Positions 10,979-22,936 of a DNA stretch of 64,000 nt are shown piece by piece (within the stretch, counting starts at the first letter, position 1; every line of letters begins with the position of its first letter). The notes below the pieces were generated by a model. It searched no databases and was not told where the DNA came from. It saw only the letters and a program-made list of their open reading frames with translations. Source of the DNA: Candidatus Multivoradales bacterium (GTDB lineage Bacteria > Acidobacteriota > Thermoanaerobaculia > Multivoradales > JAHEKO01); the NCBI GenBank assembly GCA_965223855.1, contig CBDCXM010000009.1:2688001-2752000 (forward strand), written 5' to 3'. A program made the translations under genes and the position numbers.

Positions 10979-11228
10979 CTGAGAGATGCCTCCTGGAACC
11001 TGGAGTAAGAGGAGAAGCCTGGGATGTTGCTGGAGACGCTCGCGCCGCGCCCGCTCCGCCGGTCGGCCGGCCGGACCTTCGTGAAGCGAACAGGTGGCGC
11101 TGGAAGCGCGAGAAGGGTCGCGGTCGGCGCCGAAGTCAGGAATATCTTACCAACCGTGTCCAGCCTCTTCGGACGGTGACGATCCTCTCGTACGTTCGAT
11201 AGGGTGGTCCCTGAACGGAGGAACTGCC

Positions 11229-11738
11229 ATGGTCTCGGAACAGGAACTGATCGACGCCTTCAACGCCCAGGTCGGCCACGAGTTCGGCGCATCCGCCCAC
11301 TACGTCGCTATCGCCTCGTACTTCGCCCGTGAGGATCTCGAGCAGCTCGCCGAGTTCTTCTACCGTCAGGCGGACGAGGAGCGCGATCATGCGATGCGGT
11401 TCGTGCGCTACATCGTCGACGCCGGAGGTGTCGTGGAGGTGCCGCAGATCGCCGCCGCTTCGAGCCGCTTCGAGTCCGCCGAGGCTGCGGTGCAGTCGGC
11501 GCTCGACTCGGAGAAGAAGGTCACCTCACAGATCTATGACCTGGTCGAGATCGCCGAGAAACATCGCGATCACATCGCCAAGCGCTTCCTCGACTGGTTC
11601 GTCGACGAGCAGTTCGAGGAGGTGTCGACGATCGGTGCCCTGCTGTCGGTGGTGCAGCGCGCCGGAGAGGGGAATCTGCTGCTGGTCGAGGACTATGTCG
11701 TGCGGCAGGGTGACCCCCACGCCGACGGCGGGCACTGA
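11229..11738 (+). CDS. ftnA: Ferritin (non-heme)
   Basis: NAQVGHE..Y, QADEERDHA, FLDWFVDEQFEE; GGAGG before ATG 11229. Confidence 0.9.
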   Translation: MVSEQELIDAFNAQVGHEFGASAHYVAIASYFAREDLEQLAEFFYRQADEERDHAMRFVRYIVDAGGVVEVPQIAAASSRFESAEAAVQSALDSEKKVTSQIYDLVEIAEKHRDHIAKRFLDWFVDEQFEEVSTIGALLSVVQRAGEGNLLLVEDYVVRQGDPHADGGH

Positions 11739-11776
11739 GTCCAGCCCCGTCTCGGGGAGCCCCGGCGCTCCGTCAG

Positions 11777-12424
11777 TCAGTTCGCGCCGCTCGTAGCGCC
11801 GGTTCTGGCGACGACGGTGGCTCCTTCGGTCAGCCGATCCCCGACTGCGACCGCGATCTCCCACGAGGTCGGAAGGTAGAGGTCGACTCGCGACCCGAAC
11901 TTGATGATGCCGATGCGCTGACCACGCTCGAAGCGCTCGCCGACCTCGGCGTCGCTGACGACCCTCCGGGCGAGGAGCCCGGCGATCTGCTTCATCCCGA
12001 CGACGTCGCCGGTGCCGGTCTCCAGCGCCGTGAAGTGGTACTCGTTGACCTCACCGGCGTCCTCACGGAACGCCGCTACCTTCCTCCCCGGCTGGTAGTC
12101 GCTGATGATCACCTCGCCCGAGACCGGTGCGCGCTGGACATGGACGTTGAACACCGAGAGGAAGGTGACGATGCGCCGCACCGGCGCTTCACCGAGGCGC
12201 TCTTCGACCACCTCGTCGATAGCGGTGATGACACCGTTCGCCGGAGCCAGCACCACGGCCGGATCGGAGTGCGGGGGCCTCGTCGGCACGCGGAAGAACC
12301 ACAACACCGCGAGTGCGAGGACGGCGATCGTCACGCCGATGCGTGGCCAGCCCGCCGCGACCGCGGCGATCGCCAGGAGGACGAGCGGCAGGACGAAAGG
12401 GAGCGCTTCGCGAGCGAATCTCAT
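11777..12424 (-). CDS. psd: Phosphatidylserine decarboxylase proenzyme (short type)
   Basis: FLSVFNVHVQRAP, QIAGLLARR, IKFGSRVD self-cleavage motif. Confidence 0.93.
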   Translation of the reverse strand: MRFAREALPFVLPLVLLAIAAVAAGWPRIGVTIAVLALAVLWFFRVPTRPPHSDPAVVLAPANGVITAIDEVVEERLGEAPVRRIVTFLSVFNVHVQRAPVSGEVIISDYQPGRKVAAFREDAGEVNEYHFTALETGTGDVVGMKQIAGLLARRVVSDAEVGERFERGQRIGIIKFGSRVDLYLPTSWEIAVAVGDRLTEGATVVARTGATSGAN

Positions 12425-12532
12425 GATGTGACCGTGAGCAGGTAGGGCCCGCCTCGAGGGCGAACCTGTGTCCGGCCTCGAGGCGTCGGGCCGGCCGGCG
12501 AGGAAGGTGCGGGTCGCGCGTCTGGCGCCGGC

Positions 12533-12760
12533 TCAGGCGGTGGCCTGAACGACGGCGCCGCGCGAGATCTCTTCCATTCTGTCCTTGAGGAAGAGCTTGT
12601 GACGCTTGATCTGCTTGGCCTTGAGCTCGTCCTCCTCGGAGAGCGACACCAGCTCTCCGAGCTGCTCCAACCGCCGCTCGCAATCCTGGTGCTCATCGTG
12701 GAGACGGCGGTACTCGGCGTTGGTCTCGAGCAGCTCCTGCGTGGCGTCCTCTGTCGGCAT
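12533..12760 (-). CDS. DUF465/YdcH-like small coiled-coil protein
   Basis: EYRRLHDEH ... IKRHKLFLKD pattern; GAGGAGG upstream. Confidence 0.8.
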   Translation of the reverse strand: MPTEDATQELLETNAEYRRLHDEHQDCERRLEQLGELVSLSEEDELKAKQIKRHKLFLKDRMEEISRGAVVQATA

Positions 12761-12785
12761 CGGGTCGGTCCTCCTCGGGTGTGGT

Positions 12786-13033
12786 GAAAAAGGGGCTCAC
12801 GGGCTCGAGGCCCGCTCCCACGGATATCTACGGTGTGCAGTGGCGAAGCGTCGCGCGATCTCTCTCGAGAGAGACGCGGGCCGTCCCTGCTCCGGCAGAC
12901 CCATCGCCGCCGCCTTCTCGGGGGAGGCGGATCGGTCGCGGAAGGCCCCGGGGCGTCTTGTCGGATCGTCGTGTGACGGGTCGTCGTGCCGAACACCCGG
13001 GGCGCGTGGAGCGCTTGCCGTCACGTCGTGGGA
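12786..13033 (-). ncRNA. Candidate structured RNA / leader ending in a hairpin and U-tract
   Basis: Nested complementary segments (12816-22/13027-33, 12842-50/13012-19; hairpins 12854-78, 12898-937, 12945-13003); promoter-like hexamers upstream; hairpin plus TTTTT at about 12786-12819 on the minus strand. No known family recognised. Confidence 0.35.
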
Positions 13034-13100
13034 AGCGTAGCACCGGGCCGCGCCGTGCGACAACCGTGTGGCGAACTCCACGGCTGCCAGTGGAGCCTCT

Positions 13101-13763
13101 TCAGCGAGGCGTCGAGACGGCCGGCGCCCGCAGGTAGCGTGGAGCGAGAAGGAGGCCCGGGTCCCAGGAGATGGGAGACTCCGCCAGCAGGTCGAAGGCG
13201 AGCGGCGCCAGCGCTGTGGCGGTCACCGCCTCGACGGTCTCCGGCAGTCGCTCGACAAGGGTGTCGATGCCGTGGCCGACGATCGCCGCCGGATCGCGCT
13301 CGACCACCTCGTCGGCCGTGAGCAGCTCGGTCTCCTGGAGGAGACCACTACCCTCGCTCTCCCGAGCGAACCACTCGTTGCGCAGCGCATCGACGACGCA
13401 GAGCGCCCGTGGCGCCACGCGATCGATTCGCGCGAGGAGCTGGAACGTGCCGATCCCGGTCGCCGCGCAGCCGAGAGCCTGGTGAAGGCCCAGGAGCGTC
13501 GCCATGCCGACCCTGAGGCCGGTGAAGCTGCCGGGCCCAAGCACGCCGACGAGCCCGCCGAGCTCGGCGCGGCCGATCCCGGCCTCGTCGAGGACCGCCT
13601 CGATCGTGCCCAGTAGCGCCTCCGAAGAGCGCCGGATCTCGATTGCGCGATGAGTGTGGGCGGGGCCGCCGAGCGGCCCGGCAGCGACACTCACGACAGG
13701 CGATCCCGCATCGACGACGAGCACTGGAGAGCCCGTGTCGGGAGTGGCGAAAGAGGCCTTCAT
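13101..13763 (-). CDS. tsaB: tRNA threonylcarbamoyladenosine biosynthesis protein TsaB
   Basis: GPGSFTGLRVG, DALRNE, PRYLR. Confidence 0.92.
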   Translation of the reverse strand: MKASFATPDTGSPVLVVDAGSPVVSVAAGPLGGPAHTHRAIEIRRSSEALLGTIEAVLDEAGIGRAELGGLVGVLGPGSFTGLRVGMATLLGLHQALGCAATGIGTFQLLARIDRVAPRALCVVDALRNEWFARESEGSGLLQETELLTADEVVERDPAAIVGHGIDTLVERLPETVEAVTATALAPLAFDLLAESPISWDPGLLLAPRYLRAPAVSTPR

Positions 13764-13786
13764 GCGGCGGCTATACTGACCGACCC

Positions 13787-16426
<2,640 letters not shown>

Positions 16427-16435
16427 GCGCGTTTG

Positions 16436-16855
16436 CTAGAACGGGATGTCGTCGTCGAAACCGCCGCCGGCCGGCTCCGACACGCCGCCGCCACCACCGC
16501 CGCCGGATCCGCCGCCCATGTCGTCGCCGCGACGTCCCAGCATCTGGAAGTTGTCGCAGATGATCTCGGTCCGGTAACGCTTGTCGCCGTGGGTCTTGTC
16601 CTCCCACGAGCGAGTCTCGAGCCGCCCTTCGACGTAGACCTGGCGGCCCTTCGTCAGGTACTGCCCGGCGATCTCCGCCTGCCGCCCCCAGGCGACCACC
16701 TGGTGCCACTCGACCTTCTCCTGCATCTGCCCGTCGCGGTCCTTCCACTTGCGGTTCGTGGCGACGGTGAAGTTCGCGACCGGCTGGCCGCTCGGGGTCG
16801 TGCGCACCTCGGGGTCGCGTCCGAGGTTGCCGATGATCATCACTTTGTTGAGCAT
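16436..16855 (-). CDS. ssb: Single-stranded DNA-binding protein
   Basis: [21 protein letters not shown], Gly-rich linker, DDDIPF terminus. Confidence 0.98.
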   Translation of the reverse strand: MLNKVMIIGNLGRDPEVRTTPSGQPVANFTVATNRKWKDRDGQMQEKVEWHQVVAWGRQAEIAGQYLTKGRQVYVEGRLETRSWEDKTHGDKRYRTEIICDNFQMLGRRGDDMGGGSGGGGGGGVSEPAGGGFDDDIPF

Positions 16856-16922
16856 TCGAGTCTCCTGTTCGTGCCTTTGAGCAAGGGCGCAAAGGTATCA
16901 TCCACCCTCAAGGACGCGAAGA

Positions 16923-17369
16923 ATGCGGGTGATCTTGCAGCGGGTGTCGCGGGCGAGGGTGGTCGTCGCCGGTGAGAGCGTGGGCGAGATCGGCAACGGG
17001 CTGGTGGCGCTGGTCGGAGTCGAGGTCGGCGACCGCGTCGAACAGGCGGAGAAGGCCGCTTCCAAGGTGGCGAAGCTGCGGGTGTTTCCGGACGGGGAGA
17101 AGGAGTTCTCCGACTCGGTCCTGGACGCCGCAGGGGCTGTGCTCGTCGTCTCCAACTTCACCCTGGCGGCGAAGCTCGACAAGGGGAGGCGCCCGTCCTT
17201 CGACCGCGCGGCTCCCGCGGCGGAAGCCGAGCCGCTCGTCGAGGCCTTCGCGAAGGCGCTGGAGGAAGAAGGAGTGACGATCGAGACCGGTCGCTTCAGG
17301 GCTCACATGGAAGTCGAGCTGGTCAACGACGGGCCGGTGACGCTGGTGGTGGAGACCGCCCGCGAGTAG
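16923..17369 (+). CDS. dtd: D-aminoacyl-tRNA deacylase
   Basis: QRVSRA, VSNFTL, GRRPSF, NDGPVT. Confidence 0.96.
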   Translation: MRVILQRVSRARVVVAGESVGEIGNGLVALVGVEVGDRVEQAEKAASKVAKLRVFPDGEKEFSDSVLDAAGAVLVVSNFTLAAKLDKGRRPSFDRAAPAAEAEPLVEAFAKALEEEGVTIETGRFRAHMEVELVNDGPVTLVVETARE

Positions 17370-17389
17370 GACCTCGAGAGTTGGCCGCC

Positions 17390-17911
17390 ATGCGGATTCC
17401 GGACACGTCGCTCGCAACCTTCGCCGTCGCCGTCGTGGTTTCTCTCCTGCTCCTCCCGACCTGCCGGGCGACCTTCGGGCCGAGTCGACAGAGGTTGCTG
17501 GTGGCGACGGTGGCGGTCCAGAGTGGGCCTGTGGCGTGCTCCTACCAGCTGGATACCGATGCTCCGCTCGCAGCGACTCTGCCCTTCATACGAGAGATCT
17601 GGGTCGCAAGTCGATCCGGTGAACCGGCCGAAGCTGTCTGGAGATCGATCGACGCCGATCCAAGCTCTCTGTCCTGGCGCTCTCTGTCGTCGGGATCGGG
17701 ATGGGTCCTGGAAGTTGAAGTCGATCGCGCGGCCGGTCCGAAACTTTCCGAGTACCCGCGAGTTCGGGTGGAGACCACCGTGGTGCGCGATTCTTCGCCT
17801 TACCCATTGACAGGCGACTGGGAGCCCTTCGACGGGCGCAGATGCCCAGCCGTGACACAGTACTGCCGGGTTCCGGGCGGGCGGGTGAACGACCGGGTGC
17901 CGGGTGACTAG
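17390..17911 (+). CDS. Hypothetical exported protein / lipoprotein
   Basis: Hydrophobic N-terminus ending in LLPTC; fills the gap between dtd and the next gene; no family recognised. Confidence 0.5.
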   Translation: MRIPDTSLATFAVAVVVSLLLLPTCRATFGPSRQRLLVATVAVQSGPVACSYQLDTDAPLAATLPFIREIWVASRSGEPAEAVWRSIDADPSSLSWRSLSSGSGWVLEVEVDRAAGPKLSEYPRVRVETTVVRDSSPYPLTGDWEPFDGRRCPAVTQYCRVPGGRVNDRVPGD

Positions 17912-17935
17912 AGAGGCCGGATCGGCAGGTGCCAG

Positions 17936-19381
17936 GTGAATAGTCAAGCACCGGCTGGCACGGCTCGGATGAGGAGTACCCGATCGGGGCGGGTCTTCGG
18001 GGGGGTGGCCCTGTTTCTCTCCCTCCTGTTCTTCGGATGCTCGCCTGCCGACAGACCGGACGATGGCCCCGCGATCGCGCTGAGCGGGGTGACGGTCATT
18101 GATGGCACTGGCGGACAGCCCCTACTTCGCCAGACGCTGCTGCTGAAGGGGGGGCGGATCGCTGCCGTGGGCGCGACGGATGAGGTGCAACTCCCGTCCG
18201 GAACGGACGTTTGGAACCTCGCCGGACACTACGTGGTACCCGGGTTCGTCGATCTGCATGTTCACTTCCCGGAGGACGGCTCCGTCCACCAGGCGATGCT
18301 TTCTCGTCTGCTCGAGTACGGCGTGACGACCCTTCTCAACCCGGGTGCTCGCCCCGGTGCCGGTGTCGAGCTCCGAGAGCGGATCGCTCGGGGAGAGCTG
18401 AAGGGCCCGCGGATGTTCGCGGCCGGTCGGATCATCGATCACTCGCCGACGCTGCCCGACTTCGGCAGCTGGGCTGCACAGGTGACGACCGAGGAGGCGA
18501 TTCGCGCCGAGGTCGCCGCGCAGGCCGCTCTCGACGTCGATTTCGTCAAGTTCTACCGGCATCTGCCGCGCGAGCTCCTCGCGGCGGGAGTCTCAGCCGC
18601 CCACGAGGCTGGATTGCCCGTCGTCGGGCACATGGGAGACGTGACCTGGAACGAGGCCGCCCGAATGGGTGTCGAGATGCTGGTCCACTCGGGGTGGGGT
18701 ACGCCGATGGACGAGGTGATCACACTCGACGACCCGGAGTCGGCTTCGGATACCGATTGGTACCGGGCCTACGCGGACGCCGCCGGCGGGGAGCGCCTGG
18801 CCTCCCTGATCTCGACTTTGATCGCTCACGATGTCGTCGTCGTACCGACGCTTTCGATCACTCAGGCGTCGGGGCTCGGTGCGGACGCGACCCTGCTGCC
18901 GCTCTTCCAGGTCGAGCTGGCGCCCGACGCGGAGATCGCCGATTGGTGGACTCCGGGTTGGCGGACTCGCCATCCGCAGTACGAGCCGGACAGCAAGGAG
19001 GAGGCCGAGGCGATGGCCAGGTACTACTGGCCGGGTGTCCTCGGCATTCTCGCCGCCTACCACGAAGCCGGCGTCCGGCTCGCGGTAGGCACCGATGTCG
19101 GCAATTCGTGGATGACACCGGGGGTCGTCTTCCACCACGAACTCGGGCTCTACCAGGACGCCGGCATCCCGCCGCTCGACATCCTGACCATGGCGAGTCG
19201 CAACGGCGCGGAGGCGCTGGGGATCCTCGCGGATACCGGTACGATCGAGGTGGGCAAGCGAGCCGATCTCGTCATCCTCGGCAGCGACCCCCTGGAGGAC
19301 ATCAGGAACACGCGAGACATCCGTGCCGTGATCGCGGCAGGGCGTATCGTCGCGTCGCCGGAGGGCGTGGCGTGGCAGTGA
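17936..19381 (+). CDS. Amidohydrolase family lipoprotein
   Basis: Lipobox LFFGC; VIDGTG, PGFVDLHVH, GTDVG, GTIEVGKRADLV; start may be 17969. Confidence 0.88.
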   Translation: MNSQAPAGTARMRSTRSGRVFGGVALFLSLLFFGCSPADRPDDGPAIALSGVTVIDGTGGQPLLRQTLLLKGGRIAAVGATDEVQLPSGTDVWNLAGHYVVPGFVDLHVHFPEDGSVHQAMLSRLLEYGVTTLLNPGARPGAGVELRERIARGELKGPRMFAAGRIIDHSPTLPDFGSWAAQVTTEEAIRAEVAAQAALDVDFVKFYRHLPRELLAAGVSAAHEAGLPVVGHMGDVTWNEAARMGVEMLVHSGWGTPMDEVITLDDPESASDTDWYRAYADAAGGERLASLISTLIAHDVVVVPTLSITQASGLGADATLLPLFQVELAPDAEIADWWTPGWRTRHPQYEPDSKEEAEAMARYYWPGVLGILAAYHEAGVRLAVGTDVGNSWMTPGVVFHHELGLYQDAGIPPLDILTMASRNGAEALGILADTGTIEVGKRADLVILGSDPLEDIRNTRDIRAVIAAGRIVASPEGVAWQ

Positions 19382-20958
19382 GATCCCCCGGATTGCTCGC
19401 AGTCCTGGCCATCTTCGCGCCTGTGTGGGCCGGAAGGGCTGCCGCAGAGGAGCGCTCTAGGCTCGAGCCCGTCTCGCCGACCGACGATCAGTGCGCGCTC
19501 CTCGACTCACCGGAGATCCGCGCGCAGATGGACGGCCTGCTGTTCAACCTCATCCTCCGTTGCGACCGGCAGGATCTCCTCGGGCGCGTAGCCGGTCACG
19601 GCGTCGGGGCGCAGGCGGTCGGCGACCAGGCCGGCCCGGACGTGCGGGTGCACCGGCCGGAGGACGACATCGGCCAGACCTCGACTCAGAGCGAGACGTC
19701 GATCGCCGAGAATCTCGACACCGGGACGTTCTGCGCCGGGTACAACGACTCCTGCGAGCTCAACTGCGCGGATGGCGGCGGCGGCTTCACCGGCTTCTCG
19801 CGCTCGACCGACGGCGGCCGGAGCTGGGACGATCGGGGGGCGCTCGACGCTGGATCGCGCGGCGACCCGAGCCTGGTGTGGCGACAGGTGGACGGCCATT
19901 TCTACTTTGCGACGCTGCACACCTCGGGCGGGTTGGCGCTCTATCGCTCCACCGACGACTGCCTGACCTTCTCTCTGGTCACTCTGCCGAGCTCCGGGGC
20001 CGACGACAAGGAGCTGCTGGCGGTGGACAACACCGGCGGTCCGCACGACGGCAACCTGTATCTCGTGTGGAAGGACTTCGGCGCCGGTTCGGTGCTGGGG
20101 AGCTCGCGCTCGACCGACGGCGGGATGACGTGGTCGAGTCAGGTGTCGCTGGGGCCGGGCACCGGTCCGTGGCCGGTGGTGGCGCCGAACGGCGACGTCT
20201 ACGTGGCGTACGTCGACCTGACGACGATCACCAGCACCTTCAAGGTGGCCCGCTCGACCGACGGTGGAATGAGCTACGCCCCGGTCACCGATCCTACGGG
20301 CCCGGTGGCGACGCCGCGCGACAGCGCCGCGACCTCCTCCTGCGGCCGGCTGGCCCTCAACGGCAACCTGCGCTACTTCCCGCTGCCGCAGATCGCCGCC
20401 ACCGTCGCCTCTACCTCCGCCTCGAATGGAGGGCCGGGCGTCGTGCTGCACATCGTCTACAGCTACGACCCCGACGGACAGGACGTCGGCGACACCATCG
20501 ACGTCTTCTATCGCCGGTCGGTCGACAACGGCGCGACCTGGTCGCCCGAGGTTCGTGTGAACGACGACGTGACGAGTCGGGACCAGTACGGGCCGGCGCT
20601 CTTCGCCAGCGGCAGCGAAGTGATCGTCGACTTCTACGACCGCCGGCTCGACCCCGGCAATCTGCTCTTCGACCGCTATCGCGCAAGCTCTTCGGACGGC
20701 GGCCTCACCTGGGAGGCGAACGAGCGGCTTTCGGACGTCTCGTCTCCGGTGGTGCTCGACGGCGCGCTGGCGACCTGCTACCACGGCGACTACGACCAGA
20801 GTCTGATCGCCAGTACCGGAGAGCGGATCTCCCTGTGGTCGGACGATCGCGAGGCGCCCGATCTTGCGGACGTCTACTCGGACGGCGGGTCGGTGACGCT
20901 CTTCGCCGACGGCTTTGAGTCGGGAGACACGTCGGCGTGGACCGCGACCATTCCCTAG
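19378..20958 (+). CDS. Secreted sialidase-like BNR/Asp-box propeller protein with terminal FADGFESGDTSAW tail
   Basis: Signal peptide; Asp-boxes STDGGRSW, STDGGMTW, STDGGMSY, SVDNGATW, SSDGGLTW; GDP, DKE and GDY motifs; GTG start overlaps previous stop. Confidence 0.85.
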   Translation: MRSPGLLAVLAIFAPVWAGRAAAEERSRLEPVSPTDDQCALLDSPEIRAQMDGLLFNLILRCDRQDLLGRVAGHGVGAQAVGDQAGPDVRVHRPEDDIGQTSTQSETSIAENLDTGTFCAGYNDSCELNCADGGGGFTGFSRSTDGGRSWDDRGALDAGSRGDPSLVWRQVDGHFYFATLHTSGGLALYRSTDDCLTFSLVTLPSSGADDKELLAVDNTGGPHDGNLYLVWKDFGAGSVLGSSRSTDGGMTWSSQVSLGPGTGPWPVVAPNGDVYVAYVDLTTITSTFKVARSTDGGMSYAPVTDPTGPVATPRDSAATSSCGRLALNGNLRYFPLPQIAATVASTSASNGGPGVVLHIVYSYDPDGQDVGDTIDVFYRRSVDNGATWSPEVRVNDDVTSRDQYGPALFASGSEVIVDFYDRRLDPGNLLFDRYRASSSDGGLTWEANERLSDVSSPVVLDGALATCYHGDYDQSLIASTGERISLWSDDREAPDLADVYSDGGSVTLFADGFESGDTSAWTATIP

Positions 20959-21021
20959 CAACGGTTGCCCCGGCCCCGCCCTCTGGGGAGCCTGAGTGAA
21001 GCGCGGTGGGTCTTCGAGGCC

Positions 21022-22848
21022 CTAGTGCACCTTCTCCATTCTCACGACTTCGCCGTCGCCGCCCTCGAAGGAGAGGTGCGTGACCGTACCGGAATCGTCG
21101 AACTCGAACCTGAAGTCGGTGTCGATGAACCATGGAAAATCGATGTAGAAGAGACCTTCCGAGACCGGATGAAGCGGAAATCCGTTGCCGTCCCAGCGGA
21201 TCTGGAGGACTGCGTTGGCCGCGACGACCTCGCCGGCGGCATCGAGAGACTCGATCGTCTCGCGGTGGAGGATGCGCCAGATCTCTCGATCCCGTCGTTC
21301 GTACTCGCCGACGTAGCGGCGTGCGGCCTCCGGCGTCAGTGAGGACCGAACTCTGCGATCGCCGGCATGGGGCGGCGGGAGCTGGATGTCGAGGCGCTGC
21401 TGCGGGCGACCGAGGAAGAAGTCGACGATCGCCGCCTCTAGCTCGGGCGTGGCCACCAGCAGGTCGTTTCCATGGCCGCCGTTCTCCACGACGACGTGGC
21501 GCGCTCTGGAGAAGCCTTGCGCGACTTCCGTGGCGTTGGAGGCCGGCGTGCGGCCGTCGAGACTTCCGCTGATGAACAGCGTCTCGACGTCTGATTCAAG
21601 AGGTGCCCGGTAGGCGGGTCCTAGGTCGGCGACGCCGAGCCCTCGGGTAATCGCCAGATTGGCGAGCAGAACGCCCGATCCCAGCAGCGTCGAGCGGTCC
21701 TCTTCGAGGATTCGCTGCTTCCGCTGCGGTGAGATACCGGAGGCCGCGTCCATTGCCTCAGGCATGGCCTCCAGCCCACCGACCTCTCGCAACCGCAGCG
21801 CCGTTCCCGCGACGTCGGTGAAGTCCCCGGCTTCGAGCCGGCGATAGAGCTCAGGCAGCTGAAGGGCACTCTCAGGGTCCTGCAGCAGGTTCTGGGTCAC
21901 GGCAGCGACATCTCTCCAGCCCACCACCAGGCGAACCTCCGTGTCGGGACCCTCGAGATTATGGATGCGAATCTCCGCGGGGCTCCGCTCGAGGCGGCTC
22001 CTGACCCGTCCGATGGCGCTTCGCAGGTCGGCGCCGCCGGCCGAGGTGACGTCGAACAGCGCCTCGATCCTGCGCAGCTGCCCCTCGAACTGACTCGGCA
22101 GTTTGACCGTGTGGTCCGGCCCTTCCACCCCGGCGAGGACCATGCGTCGCACTCTGTCGGGATAGGTGCGAGCGTAGGCGAGGGCGAGATGCGTCCCATA
22201 GCTGATCCCCAGCAGGTCGAGCTGCTCGGCGCCGAGCCCGACCCTGAGCGCCTCCAGATCGGCGGCGCTCTCCATCGTGTCGTAGGCATCGAGGTCGACT
22301 CCGCGCTCGGCCCACCAGCGCGCGCACTCCGCCGCATTCGCCTGTACCAGGTCGAGGAAGGGCTCCAGCTCGAGCGGGCGATCGAGCGGGTAGGACGTTT
22401 CGAAAGGGCATTCCTCGTGTTCCGGCGTCGAGGAGTCACCGGTTCCGCGCTGGTCGAACAGAAGTACGTCACCGCTCTTCCGGAGTGCCTGGAACAGAGG
22501 GAGTCGGGAGCCCCGGCCGGCTTCGATCCCGGATCCACCCGGCCCGCCGGCCAGGTAGACGATCGGCGGCCCGCCTGCGAAGTCGGGGAGTGCGGGCAAG
22601 CGAACGAATACCAGCTCGAACACGGCCTCGTCCGCGAGACGTCGGTTCGCCGGCACCTCGAAGCGGCCGAGTTCGGCCACGACCTCTCCCTCTAGTCTTG
22701 TCTCGTAGAGGTAGGGCTCGAACGAAATGCGGCGCCCGACGGATTCGCCCTCGGCGTCCTTTTGCCCGAGAACAATCCCTAGGGCGAGCAGGACTCCGAC
22801 ACTGATCCGTCGACTCGCCCCGGCTCGAGTCTTCTCGATTCCCGGCAT
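21022..22848 (-). CDS. Secreted alpha/beta-hydrolase (TAP-like / prolyl aminopeptidase-like) with C-terminal extension
   Basis: GGPGGSG, DQRGTG, GISYG nucleophile elbow, D(GRTP), GGH. Confidence 0.88.
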   Translation of the reverse strand: MPGIEKTRAGASRRISVGVLLALGIVLGQKDAEGESVGRRISFEPYLYETRLEGEVVAELGRFEVPANRRLADEAVFELVFVRLPALPDFAGGPPIVYLAGGPGGSGIEAGRGSRLPLFQALRKSGDVLLFDQRGTGDSSTPEHEECPFETSYPLDRPLELEPFLDLVQANAAECARWWAERGVDLDAYDTMESAADLEALRVGLGAEQLDLLGISYGTHLALAYARTYPDRVRRMVLAGVEGPDHTVKLPSQFEGQLRRIEALFDVTSAGGADLRSAIGRVRSRLERSPAEIRIHNLEGPDTEVRLVVGWRDVAAVTQNLLQDPESALQLPELYRRLEAGDFTDVAGTALRLREVGGLEAMPEAMDAASGISPQRKQRILEEDRSTLLGSGVLLANLAITRGLGVADLGPAYRAPLESDVETLFISGSLDGRTPASNATEVAQGFSRARHVVVENGGHGNDLLVATPELEAAIVDFFLGRPQQRLDIQLPPPHAGDRRVRSSLTPEAARRYVGEYERRDREIWRILHRETIESLDAAGEVVAANAVLQIRWDGNGFPLHPVSEGLFYIDFPWFIDTDFRFEFDDSGTVTHLSFEGGDGEVVRMEKVH

Positions 22849-22936
22849 GCTCCCGCCTCCTGGTGGTCCCTTCCGGTGGCTACGCCTGTTCTACGGGAGT
22901 CGGCGGTTCGGGTTTCGGTTCAGTGACAAGTCCAAC

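Noticed and set aside
12786-13033. Assignment as a cobalamin, lysine or c-di-GMP riboswitch
   Set aside because: Only isolated short matches (e.g. GCCACTG); core consensus elements were not found, so it is left unassigned.
18211-19377. Apparent N-terminal extension of the sialidase-like protein
   Set aside because: Alternative frame of the amidohydrolase gene; the signal peptide begins near 19378.
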